Of a DNA stretch of 64,000 nucleotides, positions 39,110 through 49,013 are shown piece after piece; the first letter of the stretch is position 1, and each line of letters starts with the position of its first letter. The notes under the pieces are model-generated. The model was given only the letters and a program-made list of their open reading frames with translations, made no database searches and was not told the origin of the DNA. The position numbers and the translations under genes were made by a program. The stretch covers positions 128,001-192,000 of the forward strand of contig CATMOE010000001.1 in NCBI GenBank assembly GCA_950072105.1, written 5' to 3'. This stretch comes from an uncultured Dehalococcoidia bacterium (GTDB lineage: Bacteria > Chloroflexota > Dehalococcoidia > Lucifugimonadales > UBA3495).

Positions 39110-40066
39110 ATGACAACACCTCAAGTCACTTTCGGATGCAACTTTAACGCCGACGGATATTGGGACGCCGCCGAGTTTGCCCGCCGGGCCGAGGCCTTGG
39201 GCTTCGACCGGATAACCACCGGTGAGCACTTGATGGACGGCAACCCGCCGCGGCCCACGGTCTTGAGCATCCCGGCCATGGCCGCCGCCGCCGGGGCCAC
39301 CAAGACCCTTCGGGTCATGACCGGCATTGTAATCGTCCCTTTGTATAATCCCGTTCTGTTGGCCAAAATGATCTCCACGCTGGACGTGATCTCCGCCGGG
39401 CGGGTGGACTTCGGCATCGGCATCAGCGGCCAGCGGGGCACCCAGGTAGAGTTCGACGCCGTCGGCGTCTCCGTGCGGACCCGGGGCCGGCGCACCGACG
39501 AGATGCTGCAGGTTATGAAACGGCTGTGGACCGAGGAACACGTCAGCCATCACGGCCGGTTCTTCGATTTCGACGACGTGACCCTGCTGCCCGGGCCGGT
39601 CCAGCAGCCCCATCCGCCGATATGGGTGTCGGGCCGCAGCGATGCAGCCATGCGCCGGGCCGCTCTGTTGGGCGACGGCTGGTATCCATACCTGTTCACC
39701 GTCCGGCGTCTGAAACAGAGCAACGAGGAAATTACCCAGATAGCAGCCGAGGCGGGAAGGGACCTAAGCGGTTTTCACTGGGGCTTGAACCAACCGACAT
39801 CGATAATGGACGACCCGGAGGCGGCCCTGGCCCAAGCGGTGGAAAACGTGGGCCAGCGGTACGTTACCGCCGAGAGGAGCGCCGAGGACATCGCCAAGGC
39901 TCTTTGCATAGCGGGCACCCCGGAAGACTGCGTCCAGTCCGTTCAAGAGCGCATCGACGCCGGAGTGCGCGACTTCAATCTAAGCTTCCTGGCCCCGGAC
40001 ATCGACGGTATTTTCCAACAGATGGAAACCTTCTCCCGCCAAGTGATACCTCATTTCCGATCGTGA
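39110..40066 (+). CDS. LLM-class flavin-dependent oxidoreductase
   Basis: AEALGFD, GEH, LAK..TLD.IS.GR, P.QQPHPPIW, GDGW. Confidence 0.92.
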   Translation: MTTPQVTFGCNFNADGYWDAAEFARRAEALGFDRITTGEHLMDGNPPRPTVLSIPAMAAAAGATKTLRVMTGIVIVPLYNPVLLAKMISTLDVISAGRVDFGIGISGQRGTQVEFDAVGVSVRTRGRRTDEMLQVMKRLWTEEHVSHHGRFFDFDDVTLLPGPVQQPHPPIWVSGRSDAAMRRAALLGDGWYPYLFTVRRLKQSNEEITQIAAEAGRDLSGFHWGLNQPTSIMDDPEAALAQAVENVGQRYVTAERSAEDIAKALCIAGTPEDCVQSVQERIDAGVRDFNLSFLAPDIDGIFQQMETFSRQVIPHFRS

Positions 40067-40190
40067 AAACCCTTCTGGTTAAGGCGCTCCGAATCGACTT
40101 GACCCACCGAGGTATTGATGTAGTATCAAGCCAGGTCCCTAGAAGCACGACGCCCGCAGGACTTTCTCCGCGGGACCCACGGAGGTTGTT

Positions 40191-41234
40191 ATGGACTTTG
40201 GACTGTTTTTAGAGTTCCCGCGCCGAGAGGGCGGAACTCAACAAGAAGCGTTTCAGGAATGCTTCGCGTTGGCGGACGAGGGCGAAGCGCTAGGCGTGGA
40301 TTCGGTCTGGTTGGCCGAATATCACTTCAACCCCGCGCGCGTGCTTTCCGCTCCCATAACCATCGCCAGCGCCCTCGCCGCCCGAACCAAGACGGTCAGA
40401 ATCGGGCTTGCGGTGATCTGTTTGCCCTTGGGGAACCCGATACGCCTGGCTGAAGAGGTCGCTACTCTGGACCATATAAGCGAGGGCCGCCTGGAGTTCG
40501 GCGTGGGCCGGGGCACCTTCCCCAACGTGCATGAAGGTTACAACGTCCCCTTCAGCGAAAGCCGGGAGCGCTTCGACGAATTCCTTGATGTGATCGTGAA
40601 GTCATGGACCACTGAGTCTTTCTCATATGAAGGCAAGTACATCACCTGCAACGATCTTTCGGTGCATCCCAAACCGTTGCAGACTCCCCACCCTCCCATC
40701 CACATCGGCATCACCTCAGCGGAGAGCTTCCCAATCATGGGGAGCCTAGGCTATCCCATACTGATCAACCCGTCACGAGTATTCGCGCTGTCGGAATTGG
40801 CCCCTTACATCTCTGAATACCGGAAGGCCTGGCAGAAGGCGGGTCACCAAGGACAGGGCAAGGTTGGGTTGCGCATCCCCATCTACGTGGCCGACACCGC
40901 CGAGCAAGCCTACGCAGAGCCCAGAGACAGCGCGATGTTGTCGGTGGAGCGTCTGGGGCAAAGGGTGGGGAGCTACGCCGCCTACGGGGGGACGACGGGA
41001 GACTGGCAGGCCGAGTCGGACCGGATTCTGGCAGCGGACTATGACGAATGGCTGCGAGACAAAGTGGCGTACGGCACTCCGGAGGCGGTAGAGGACCGGT
41101 TGCACATTTTGCAGGAAGAACTGGGTCTGGAGCAGATCATATTCGACGTGAACTACGGCAACCTAATCCCCCAGGAACGTCAACGCAAGTCCCTGAGGCT
41201 GCTCATGGAGAAGGTAGTCCCCAGTTTCAAATAG
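40191..41234 (+). CDS. LLM-class flavin-dependent oxidoreductase
   Basis: VWLAEYHF, PIRLAEEVATLD.ISEGRLEFGVGRG, PKPLQTPHPP. Confidence 0.92.
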   Translation: MDFGLFLEFPRREGGTQQEAFQECFALADEGEALGVDSVWLAEYHFNPARVLSAPITIASALAARTKTVRIGLAVICLPLGNPIRLAEEVATLDHISEGRLEFGVGRGTFPNVHEGYNVPFSESRERFDEFLDVIVKSWTTESFSYEGKYITCNDLSVHPKPLQTPHPPIHIGITSAESFPIMGSLGYPILINPSRVFALSELAPYISEYRKAWQKAGHQGQGKVGLRIPIYVADTAEQAYAEPRDSAMLSVERLGQRVGSYAAYGGTTGDWQAESDRILAADYDEWLRDKVAYGTPEAVEDRLHILQEELGLEQIIFDVNYGNLIPQERQRKSLRLLMEKVVPSFK

Positions 41235-41261
41235 CCCCCAATACCCATTAATGAAAAGGGC

Positions 41262-42203
41262 TCAGAGCTGGGAGCCGATGAACTGGGGGCGGCCCCTGAG
41301 GAACTCGGCCGCAGACTGAGCCCGCTTGCCTTCCACCTGAATCGTCTTCAACGCCAAGACGCCCTCGGCGGTGACCACTCCCATCGGTGTATCAGCCGCC
41401 GGCAAGGACACGACCCGTCCGGGCGGACCTTCCAGCCCATCGGGCAGCGATGAGACGGTCACTTCCAACAACTTCATAACGCTGCCCTCCCACTGGGTGA
41501 ATAAACCGGGCCAAGGCGTATAAGCCCGGGCACGCCGCTCCAAAGTTGCCGCCGCCACGTCCCAATCGGCCAAACCGTCGCTTCGCTCCAACTTGCGGGT
41601 AACCGTGGCCAAAGCCTGGTCCTGAGGACGCGCTTCCATCTCGCCGTTAACCCAAGCAACCAGACTTTCCAACAGCAACTCGCCGCCCAATGCGAACAGC
41701 ACTCCGGTAAGCTCTTCCGACGTTTCCTGGGAAGACATCGGGTAACCACGCTGGGCGACGATGTCCCCGGTGTCCATCCCTTGATCCAGCAACATCAGCG
41801 TGACTCCGGTTTCCGCATCCCCTTGCTCGATCGCGGTTACCACGGGAGACGGACCGCGGTGCTTGGGGAGCAATGACGGATGAATATTCAAGCAACCGTG
41901 GGGCGGAGTTTCTAGGATGGCAGGCGGCAGAAATTTACCGTACGCGGCCACCACGATGACGTCAGGTTGGAGTTCAGCCAGTTCACTCTGAACCTGGGGA
42001 GAACGCAAAGAGTCTGGTTGATAGACGCTTAACCCGAGATCCAGAGCGCGGGCTTTTACCGGCGGCATCCCGGTAGTCCGGCCTCTTCCCTTGGGGCGGT
42101 CCGGCGGCGTAAAAACGCCAACGACCTGAACGTCTTCAACCGCGACTAGTCCTTCCAGTACCGGAACAGCAAAGGACGGAGTACCCATGAAAACCAGGCG
42201 CAT
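41262..42203 (-). CDS. fmt: Methionyl-tRNA formyltransferase
   Basis: MRLVFMGTPSFA, VVAAYG, NIHPSLLP..RG, MDTGD. Confidence 0.97.
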   Translation of the reverse strand: MRLVFMGTPSFAVPVLEGLVAVEDVQVVGVFTPPDRPKGRGRTTGMPPVKARALDLGLSVYQPDSLRSPQVQSELAELQPDVIVVAAYGKFLPPAILETPPHGCLNIHPSLLPKHRGPSPVVTAIEQGDAETGVTLMLLDQGMDTGDIVAQRGYPMSSQETSEELTGVLFALGGELLLESLVAWVNGEMEARPQDQALATVTRKLERSDGLADWDVAAATLERRARAYTPWPGLFTQWEGSVMKLLEVTVSSLPDGLEGPPGRVVSLPAADTPMGVVTAEGVLALKTIQVEGKRAQSAAEFLRGRPQFIGSQL

Positions 42204-42344
42204 TTTCCCCCTCGATCCAGGAGTACTTACCACGGCGGGTAAACCAGTGTTGCCTGTCCGGCGCGATTAACAAGAAGAGACGCTAGATGGCGGAATATCG
42301 ATTGATGTAGGGTCAGCAACGGCACAGATCACGTTGAATCCGTC

Positions 42345-42374
42345 TTGACATTAGGGAAAAGCCGTTGCTAGAAT
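42345..42374 (+). promoter_or_regulatory. Sigma70-type promoter upstream of leader ORF / structured RNA
   Basis: TTGACA-18 nt-TAGAAT with extended -10 TG. Confidence 0.7.
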
Positions 42375-42418
42375 AGCTTGACCGCTTTGCGGAATCTTGC
42401 TGAAGGAGGTGATGGCTT

Positions 42419-42490
42419 ATGAAAGTTAGTTTAGCACGTAGGGGCGATGGTAGGCATCTGTCTGGACACGACGAGGTGATCGTAGCCTAA
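42419..42490 (+). CDS. Putative 23-aa leader peptide MKVSLARRGDGRHLSGHDEVIVA
   Basis: Full-length SD AAGGAGGTGA at 42403-42412 and a promoter just upstream. Confidence 0.5.
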   Translation: MKVSLARRGDGRHLSGHDEVIVA

Positions 42491-42708
42491 CTATCCTTCG
42501 TAAAATACGAAAACCCGTTGTCGGGCCCAGGCCAATGTCTACCATCGCCCCTATAATTCGGAAACTTGGATAGGGGTAATAATCGACAGGTTGGCTGGGC
42601 CCGATCCTTTTCATGCGATGCCGGTTAACCGGCATCCACGGAAAATATCTATAGATCGGCCTCGGTTGAACGGCATTCCCGTGCCGGCCTCGCTGGGGTT
42701 TTTCTTTT
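42439..42708 (+). ncRNA. Unidentified structured RNA / attenuator-like region
   Basis: 19-bp helix 42439-42457:42535-42553, competing helix 42521-42554:42570-42604, perfect palindrome 42618-42637, T-rich end. Confidence 0.5.
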
Positions 42709-42773
42709 GGCTCGATACAAGGCTAGGTCAGGCCGCCAGACGCAATATACGCACGGGCTCGACTAAGCTGGAA

Positions 42774-42802
42774 TTGACAACCGAGCCCTGTCAGCTTAGA
42801 AT
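42774..42802 (+). promoter_or_regulatory. Sigma70-type promoter of rpsP operon
   Basis: TTGACA-17 nt-TAGAAT. Confidence 0.8.
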
Positions 42803-42846
42803 TTCAACTGTGTTACAAGCAATCTTGGAGGAACTTCGGAGACTAG

Positions 42847-43407
42847 ATGTTAAGAATTCGACTGAGAAGGGTAGGGAAGAAGGGAAACCCATCATATAGA
42901 ATCGTGGTAGCGGATTCCAGAGCCCCACGAGACGGCGCATATGTAGAATGGATCGGAAACTATGACCCCATGGCTGATCCGCCGGCGGTCACCATCAAAG
43001 AAGACCGGGCACAGGCGTGGCTTAGCCAGGGAGCTCAGCCATCCGACGCGGTTGCACGAATCCTTGATTGGAAAGGCATTCTGACCAGGACTCCTAAACA
43101 GCGTACCACCGCCACGGCGGTTGAAGAAGAACCCGAGGTAGCGGCGCCCGCACCGGCACCGGTGGCTGAAGCGCCGACCCCTGAACCTGAAGCGGACGAC
43201 ACGACGGCAGTCGCTGAAGAAGCAGCCGAGGAACCGGTGGCTGAAGTCGTGGCCGAAGAAACAGCGGAAGAACCGGTAGCCGAAGTTGCTGCCGAAGAAT
43301 CAGCCGAAGAAATTTCCGGTGAAGCCGAATCCGCTGATGATATTGATTCTGAAGATACGGGTGAAGAAACCTCTAAAGATACGCCCGAAGAGGAATCCTC
43401 GGAATGA
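42847..43407 (+). CDS. rpsP: 30S ribosomal protein S16 with long acidic C-terminal tail
   Basis: [29 protein letters not shown]. Confidence 0.97.
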   Translation: MLRIRLRRVGKKGNPSYRIVVADSRAPRDGAYVEWIGNYDPMADPPAVTIKEDRAQAWLSQGAQPSDAVARILDWKGILTRTPKQRTTATAVEEEPEVAAPAPAPVAEAPTPEPEADDTTAVAEEAAEEPVAEVVAEETAEEPVAEVAAEESAEEISGEAESADDIDSEDTGEETSKDTPEEESSE

Positions 43408-43631
43408 AAGAGTTGATCGAGTACATCGCCCGGTCCCTGACTAGCAACCCCGATGCGGTAGTTGTTACCGAGGAGCAGTCTGAAGGCCGGGTAATACTTC
43501 GACTAGAAGTTGCCCCGGAAGACAAAGGCAAAGTCATCGGACGGCAAGGACGAGTGGCCCAGGCCATGCGGGTAATGTTACGTGTGGCGGCCGTGAAAGA
43601 AGATACCCATGCGGTATTGGAGATTGTTTAG
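43404..43631 (+). CDS. khpA: KH-domain RNA-binding protein KhpA
   Basis: [11 protein letters not shown]; conserved position between rpsP and rimM. Confidence 0.93.
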   Translation: MKELIEYIARSLTSNPDAVVVTEEQSEGRVILRLEVAPEDKGKVIGRQGRVAQAMRVMLRVAAVKEDTHAVLEIV

Positions 43632-43697
43632 ACCAAACTCGATGGCGAACCTTTGGCCTCTGGGCCAATCTCCAGGTTGGGTGGCGGTGGTTTCGGG

Positions 43698-44198
43698 ATG
43701 GACGATTCCTCAAGTATCAACGTAGGCCGCATCCTAGGCCCTCACGGCCTATGGGGTAGCGTCCGGATAGAGGTCTACACCGACGTACCCCACCGGTTCG
43801 ACACCGGAGAGACTCTTTACATCGGCTCGGCGCCGTACCAGGTTTCCAGCTGTGGCTCCGGCAAACCCAATCAACTTATCCTCACGTTCCATGGGTTAAC
43901 GACCCATTCTCAAGCCCAGGCGCTGGTCGATCAATGGATCACCGTCCCCATCTCCCAGACTCCCGATCTGCCCCCGGGCGAGTTCTACCACTTTCAACTG
44001 CTGGATCTGCTCGTCTTAACCCAAGACGGCGAAGAGTTAGGTAGGGTCAGCGATATCTTGGAGACCGGCAGCAACGACGTCTATATCGTCTCGGGCGAAG
44101 GCGGCGAGATATTGATTCCCGCCCTTGCGGACGTGGTTCAGGACATCGATCTGGAGCGGGGCGTGATGGTAGTTTCATTACCTGAAGGCCTGCGATAA
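43698..44198 (+). CDS. rimM: Ribosome maturation factor RimM
   Basis: VGRILGPHGLWG, GEFY, ETGSNDV, LIP. Confidence 0.95.
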   Translation: MDDSSSINVGRILGPHGLWGSVRIEVYTDVPHRFDTGETLYIGSAPYQVSSCGSGKPNQLILTFHGLTTHSQAQALVDQWITVPISQTPDLPPGEFYHFQLLDLLVLTQDGEELGRVSDILETGSNDVYIVSGEGGEILIPALADVVQDIDLERGVMVVSLPEGLR

Positions 44199-44318
44199 TC
44201 TCTTTGACCCCGCCAAATCGCTAGTGCTACAATCCCGTAACGGCAGCAATCTTGAGCAGTCCATTGGCTTAGGGAAAGCAGTCTCGGCGACTGGGCCGAT
44301 ATCCAAGGGGGTTTTATC

Positions 44319-45083
44319 ATGTCAGGTCACTCTAAATGGTCCACCATCAAGCATCAAAAAGGCGCGGCTGACGCCAAACGGGGCGTCATTTTCACCAAGA
44401 TTAGCCGGGACATCACCCTGGCCGTTCGGGAAGGTGGCGGCGATCCTGACATGAATTTCCGTCTCCGGCTGATGCTGGACAAAGCCAAAAGCAACAACAT
44501 GCCCCAGGATAGCATCTCCCGTGCGGTCAAAAGGGGCACCGGTGAAGGCGGAGACGGCGACGAGAAGCTGGAAGAGATCGTTTATGAAGGGTATGGTCCC
44601 GGAGGTGGGGCCATCCTGATCCAAGCAGCAACCACCAACCGGAACCGCACGGCCGCGGATGTACGGTCGACCTTTGCGAAGGGCGGCGGCAATCTTGGTG
44701 AAAGCGGCTGCGTGGCTTGGAATTTTGAGACTAGGGGAGTCATTGCCCTGGCGATAACGGATGAATCCCGAGCAGAAGAACTTGGTCTCATGGCCATCGA
44801 CGCCGGGGCGGATGACATCAGCATCGAAGACGGTGTGCTTGAGATATTGACCGCTCCCGAAGTCCTTCTTACGGTGCAGAAAGCGTTGCAAGAAGAAGGT
44901 GTCTCTCCCGAATCTTCAGAGATTTCCATGATTCCCAAAACCACCGTAACCCTGGAAGAAAAGGCAGCCGAACAGACGCTCAAACTGCTGGACAATCTGG
45001 AAGACCTGGACGATGTGCAAAAAGCTTACACCAGCGCCGATTTCCCGCCCGAGGTCTTGGAAAGGTACCGGTCAGCAGACTGA
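44319..45083 (+). CDS. yebC: YebC/PmpR family protein
   Basis: MSGHSKWSTIKH, YEGYGPGG, LEDLDDVQ. Confidence 0.97.
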   Translation: MSGHSKWSTIKHQKGAADAKRGVIFTKISRDITLAVREGGGDPDMNFRLRLMLDKAKSNNMPQDSISRAVKRGTGEGGDGDEKLEEIVYEGYGPGGGAILIQAATTNRNRTAADVRSTFAKGGGNLGESGCVAWNFETRGVIALAITDESRAEELGLMAIDAGADDISIEDGVLEILTAPEVLLTVQKALQEEGVSPESSEISMIPKTTVTLEEKAAEQTLKLLDNLEDLDDVQKAYTSADFPPEVLERYRSAD

Positions 45084-45106
45084 TAACCAGGGGAAAATAA
45101 AGAAAG

Positions 45107-45628
45107 ATGTTAGTGTTGGGGATAGACCCGGGCACCCTGCGGATGGGTTACGGTCTTCTTTCGTCGGACCCCCAGCCGGAAGCGGAAGATTACGGGGTAG
45201 TCTCTTTGCCTTCCAAGATGCCGTTAGAGCAACGCCTTTATCAGCTTCATACCCATATCTTGAACATGATCAGCGTTTTCCACCCTGAGGTTATCGCCGT
45301 GGAGAGACCCTTCGTCGGAAGAGGGGAACGTAATTTCCCCGGACCGGCCCTGGCCGTGGGACAGGCCCAGGCCGTCGTTCTTATCGGGGCCGCCAGCCAG
45401 GGGATACCCATCTTCTCCTATTCGCCTGCCGAGATCAAAAGCTCGGTGGCCGACTTCGGCGCCGCGTCAAAAGAGCAGATGCAGCAGGTGGTGGCGGCCA
45501 CCCTGGGGTTGAAGGAAACCCCTGAGTCCGACGCCGCGGACGCCCTGTCGGTGGGGCTTTGCCATTTAATAAAGAGTCGGTCCGCCGCCGCCCTGCGCCA
45601 GGAGATATCCCCGGGTTTTGAGAGGTAG
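45107..45628 (+). CDS. ruvC: Holliday junction resolvase RuvC
   Basis: LGIDPG..MGYG, AVE, DAADAL. Confidence 0.96.
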   Translation: MLVLGIDPGTLRMGYGLLSSDPQPEAEDYGVVSLPSKMPLEQRLYQLHTHILNMISVFHPEVIAVERPFVGRGERNFPGPALAVGQAQAVVLIGAASQGIPIFSYSPAEIKSSVADFGAASKEQMQQVVAATLGLKETPESDAADALSVGLCHLIKSRSAAALRQEISPGFER

Positions 45629-45631
45629 CGG

Positions 45632-46216
45632 TTGATCGTTAGCGTCCGCGGTATCCTAGAGGCCGTGGGACCCGACTGGGTGCACCTGCAAGTAGGTGGG
45701 ATTTCCCTGCAGATCTCTGTCCCAGGATCGGACATCAACGATCTGGGCCCAACGGGCGGTCAAGTCCGGTTGTTTACCCACCTCCGGATACGTGACGATC
45801 AGCCGGTGCTATACGGCTTCTCCTCCACCCATGCTATGCAGTTGTTCCTTATGCTAAACAGCGTATCCGGCGTGGGACCCAGGCTGTCGCTGGCCTTGCT
45901 CTCCAGTCTGGGCGTGTCAAACTTGCAACAGGCCATCTTCAACGGCGACATCGCTTCCCTCAGTTCCGCTCCGGGGGTGGGACGGCGCACGGCAGGGCGG
46001 ATTGCGTTGGAGTTGAAGAGCAAGATCGACGAAGGCGCGGCGGAAATCGGCATTTCTGAAGGCTCCGGAGACGGCGCGGTTATTGAGGCATTGATGGCTT
46101 TAGGCTACACCGCCGTGGAATCCCGCCAAGCGGTGAACGGGTTGAAAGACGCATCCGACCTTCCGGTGGAAGAACGTATCCGGCTGGCCCTGCAACAGTT
46201 CGGCGGCGGGGGCTAG
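45632..46216 (+). CDS. ruvA: Holliday junction branch migration protein RuvA
   Basis: LYGF, VSGVGPR, PGVGRRTA.RI.LELK, ALMALGY. Confidence 0.96.
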   Translation: MIVSVRGILEAVGPDWVHLQVGGISLQISVPGSDINDLGPTGGQVRLFTHLRIRDDQPVLYGFSSTHAMQLFLMLNSVSGVGPRLSLALLSSLGVSNLQQAIFNGDIASLSSAPGVGRRTAGRIALELKSKIDEGAAEIGISEGSGDGAVIEALMALGYTAVESRQAVNGLKDASDLPVEERIRLALQQFGGGG

Positions 46217-46304
46217 GGCTTCTCCTCATTCTGCGTTGCTACGACGAGTACAGGCGTATAATCGGTGTCGCATGAGATTCGGCCATGCCACCTCTTGAGG
46301 ATCA

Positions 46305-48407
46305 ATGACTGAAATTACCCGCGCGAAAAAATGGGCGGATGCCGGAAAGGAAATCAAAGACGTTTGGGCCGCCGGGGCAAGCCCGAAGGATAAGCGATTC
46401 GAGCTAGTCGCCGATTTCAAGATGACCGGCGATCAACCTCAGGCGGTGGCCCGGCTGGCGCAAGGCGTCAATGACGGCGCCATCTTCCAGACCATGTTGG
46501 GCGTGACCGGCAGCGGCAAAACGTTCACCATGGCCAACATCGTTCAGGAAGTCCAGCGGCCGACCATCGTGATGGCCCACAACAAAACCCTGGCCGCCCA
46601 GCTCGCCTCCGAATTCAAAGAGTTCTTCCCCCACAATGCCGTCGAGTATTTCGTGTCGTATTACGACTACTACCAGCCCGAAGCCTACGTGCCCCAATCC
46701 GACACTTACATCGAAAAGGACTCCAGCGTCAACGAGGAACTGGATAAGCTAAGACTGTCTGCCACCACTTCCCTGTTAACCCGCCGGGACGTCCTTATCG
46801 TCGCGTCGGTTTCCTGCATCTACGGGCTGGGTGACCCAGAGGATTACTTCAACTTAGTTGCCCAGGTAAAGGTTGGGGAGGTTCGGAATAGGCGCCAGTT
46901 GGTGCGCCAACTAGTGGACATGCATTACGAGCGCAACGACATGGACCTGTCCCGTGGAAAGTTCCGCATCCGCGGCGATACCTTAGAAATCATCCCTGCC
47001 TACGAAGAGGCGGCGATAAGGGTTCAATTCTTCGGCGACGAGGTGGAGCGCATCGTTCAACTGGACCCGCTCACCGGCGAAGTGCTGGCCGACCTTGCTG
47101 AAATAGCCATCTACCCCGCCAACCACTTCGTGACCTCCAAGGAAAAACTGGAAGCGGCCATCGTTGATATCGGTGTGGAATTGGAAGAAAGGCTAGGGGA
47201 GATGCGCGCGGAAGGAAAGATACTTGAAGCGGCCAGACTGGAGAGCCGCACCCACTACGACTTGGAGATGCTACAGGAAACCGGATTCTGCTCCGGTGTG
47301 GAAAACTACTCCCGCCATCTTTCCCGCCGGGCGCCCGGCAGTTGCCCATGGACGCTGCTGGATTATTTCCCGGAAGACTATCTCATGTTCGTCGACGAAT
47401 CCCATATGACCCTGCCCCAGGTCAGGGGCATGTACCACGGAGACATGTCCAGGAAAAAGACATTGGTGGACTTCGGTTTCCGCCTGCCTTCGGCCATGGA
47501 CAACCGGCCCCTGAACTTCGAAGAATACGAAAGCCATATCAACCAGGTTATCTACGTGTCGGCAACCCCCGCCGCCTTCGAGATGCAGCGAAGTACGGCC
47601 ACGGTGGAGCAGGTGATCCGCCCCACCGGCCTGCTGGACCCAACGTTGGAAGTAAAACCTACTGAAGGCCAGATCGACGACTTGCTGGAACAGATCAAGA
47701 TCAGAGTCGACCGGTCGGAACGTATATTGGTAACCACCCTGACCAAGCGCATGGCCGAGGAATTGGCCGACTATCTCTCGGAGATGGGTGTTCGCAACAA
47801 CTATCTGCACTCTGACATTCAAACCCTGGACCGGATAGAGATACTTCGCGACCTTCGTCTGGGAGTGTTCGACGTTGTAGTGGGAATCAATTTGCTCAGG
47901 GAAGGCTTGGACCTACCCGAGGTTAGCCTGGTGGCTATTCTGGACGCCGACAAAGAAGGTTATCTCCGCTCCAAAACGTCGCTCATCCAGACCATCGGCC
48001 GTGCGGCCCGTCACTCTAACGGGCACGTCATTATGTACGCCGACCGGATCACCGATTCGATGCGGTCGGCCATCGATGAAACCTACCGGCGCCGGACTAT
48101 CCAGGATGCGTTCAACAAAGAGCACGGAATCGAGCCCGAGAGCATCCACAAAGAGGTCCATGACATTACCGAGGGAATCAAAGCCATAGCAGAAAGCCGA
48201 AACCGTTACGACGTCGTCCGCAAAGAAATGACCCGCTCCGACATGTACCGAGTGGTCAAAGACTTGGAAGTGCAGATGAAAGAGGCGGCCAAAAACCTGC
48301 AGTTCGAAAAAGCCGCCCAATTCCGCGATGAGATCTACGAGCTTCGGCGGTTGCTGGTCCTCGAGGAGAAAACCCTGTCCCCGGCGGGGTTTAGCGGCGA
48401 GGAGTAG
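46305..48407 (+). CDS. uvrB: Excinuclease ABC subunit B
   Basis: [35 protein letters not shown] domain. Confidence 0.98.
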   Translation: MTEITRAKKWADAGKEIKDVWAAGASPKDKRFELVADFKMTGDQPQAVARLAQGVNDGAIFQTMLGVTGSGKTFTMANIVQEVQRPTIVMAHNKTLAAQLASEFKEFFPHNAVEYFVSYYDYYQPEAYVPQSDTYIEKDSSVNEELDKLRLSATTSLLTRRDVLIVASVSCIYGLGDPEDYFNLVAQVKVGEVRNRRQLVRQLVDMHYERNDMDLSRGKFRIRGDTLEIIPAYEEAAIRVQFFGDEVERIVQLDPLTGEVLADLAEIAIYPANHFVTSKEKLEAAIVDIGVELEERLGEMRAEGKILEAARLESRTHYDLEMLQETGFCSGVENYSRHLSRRAPGSCPWTLLDYFPEDYLMFVDESHMTLPQVRGMYHGDMSRKKTLVDFGFRLPSAMDNRPLNFEEYESHINQVIYVSATPAAFEMQRSTATVEQVIRPTGLLDPTLEVKPTEGQIDDLLEQIKIRVDRSERILVTTLTKRMAEELADYLSEMGVRNNYLHSDIQTLDRIEILRDLRLGVFDVVVGINLLREGLDLPEVSLVAILDADKEGYLRSKTSLIQTIGRAARHSNGHVIMYADRITDSMRSAIDETYRRRTIQDAFNKEHGIEPESIHKEVHDITEGIKAIAESRNRYDVVRKEMTRSDMYRVVKDLEVQMKEAAKNLQFEKAAQFRDEIYELRRLLVLEEKTLSPAGFSGEE

Positions 48408-48463
48408 GGTAGCTTAGCTGGGGCAGACTCATCACAACGGATTCCCTACGAGATCCCGCCGGG

Positions 48464-48998
48464 GAACGACCCCCCTATAGTCCCCCCTTCGTAAGGGGGG
48501 ACGGAGTTCGCTGGCTTCGACATTACAAACGTAGGCTCCAGCGGGGTTTAAGTGACCCAATTTTTCAATAAATCCACTGAGAAAGCGAAACGCCGCCGAC
48601 TAAGAAGCGACTCGCCGACGGCTGAAAATACAATTTGGACAAGTCTACGTAGAAAAAATATTGCCGGCTACAAATTCCGTAGACAATATAGCGTTGGACC
48701 ATACGTCATCGACTTCTACTGTCCGGCGCTGAAACTGGCTGTGGAGATAGACGGGGACAGCCATTTCATCGGGAATGCCGTCGAGGACGACAAACGAAGA
48801 CAAGCCTTTATCGAAGCTTTCGGCATACGTTTCCTGCGATTTACCAACCAGGACGTTTACGACAACCTGGAGGGAGTCTTAGAATCAATCATCAGAGTGG
48901 CCTTAAACAAATCCAAACCAACGTCGAACGAAGAAAAGTCCCCTCCTTCGTAAGGAGGGGATTTAGGGGAGGTTTAGCCGCACAGGAGAACGACCCCC
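48464..48998. mobile_element. Putative small inserted element: DUF559 gene between inverted REP-like palindromes
   Basis: Palindromes at 48470-48502 and 48938-48972 in opposite orientation; 11-bp direct repeat GAACGACCCCC at 48464-48474 and 48988-48998. Confidence 0.55.
48552..48953 (+). CDS. DUF559 / Vsr-like endonuclease domain protein
   Basis: KFRRQY, YVIDFYC, VEIDGDSH, LRFTN. Confidence 0.92.
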   Translation: MTQFFNKSTEKAKRRRLRSDSPTAENTIWTSLRRKNIAGYKFRRQYSVGPYVIDFYCPALKLAVEIDGDSHFIGNAVEDDKRRQAFIEAFGIRFLRFTNQDVYDNLEGVLESIIRVALNKSKPTSNEEKSPPS

Positions 48999-49013
48999 GG
49001 GACATCTCCCCCG

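Noticed and set aside
42419..42710. tmRNA, SRP RNA, RNase P or retron msr-msd as identity of the structured region
   Set aside because: No tRNA-like ends, no SRP or RNase P consensus, and no reverse transcriptase in the window.
43100..43407. Acidic repetitive tail of S16
   Set aside because: Long low-complexity S16 extensions are common in several phyla; not novel.
44198..46305. Absence of trmD after rimM and of ruvB after ruvA
   Set aside because: Such operon splits are common and the genes may lie elsewhere in the genome.
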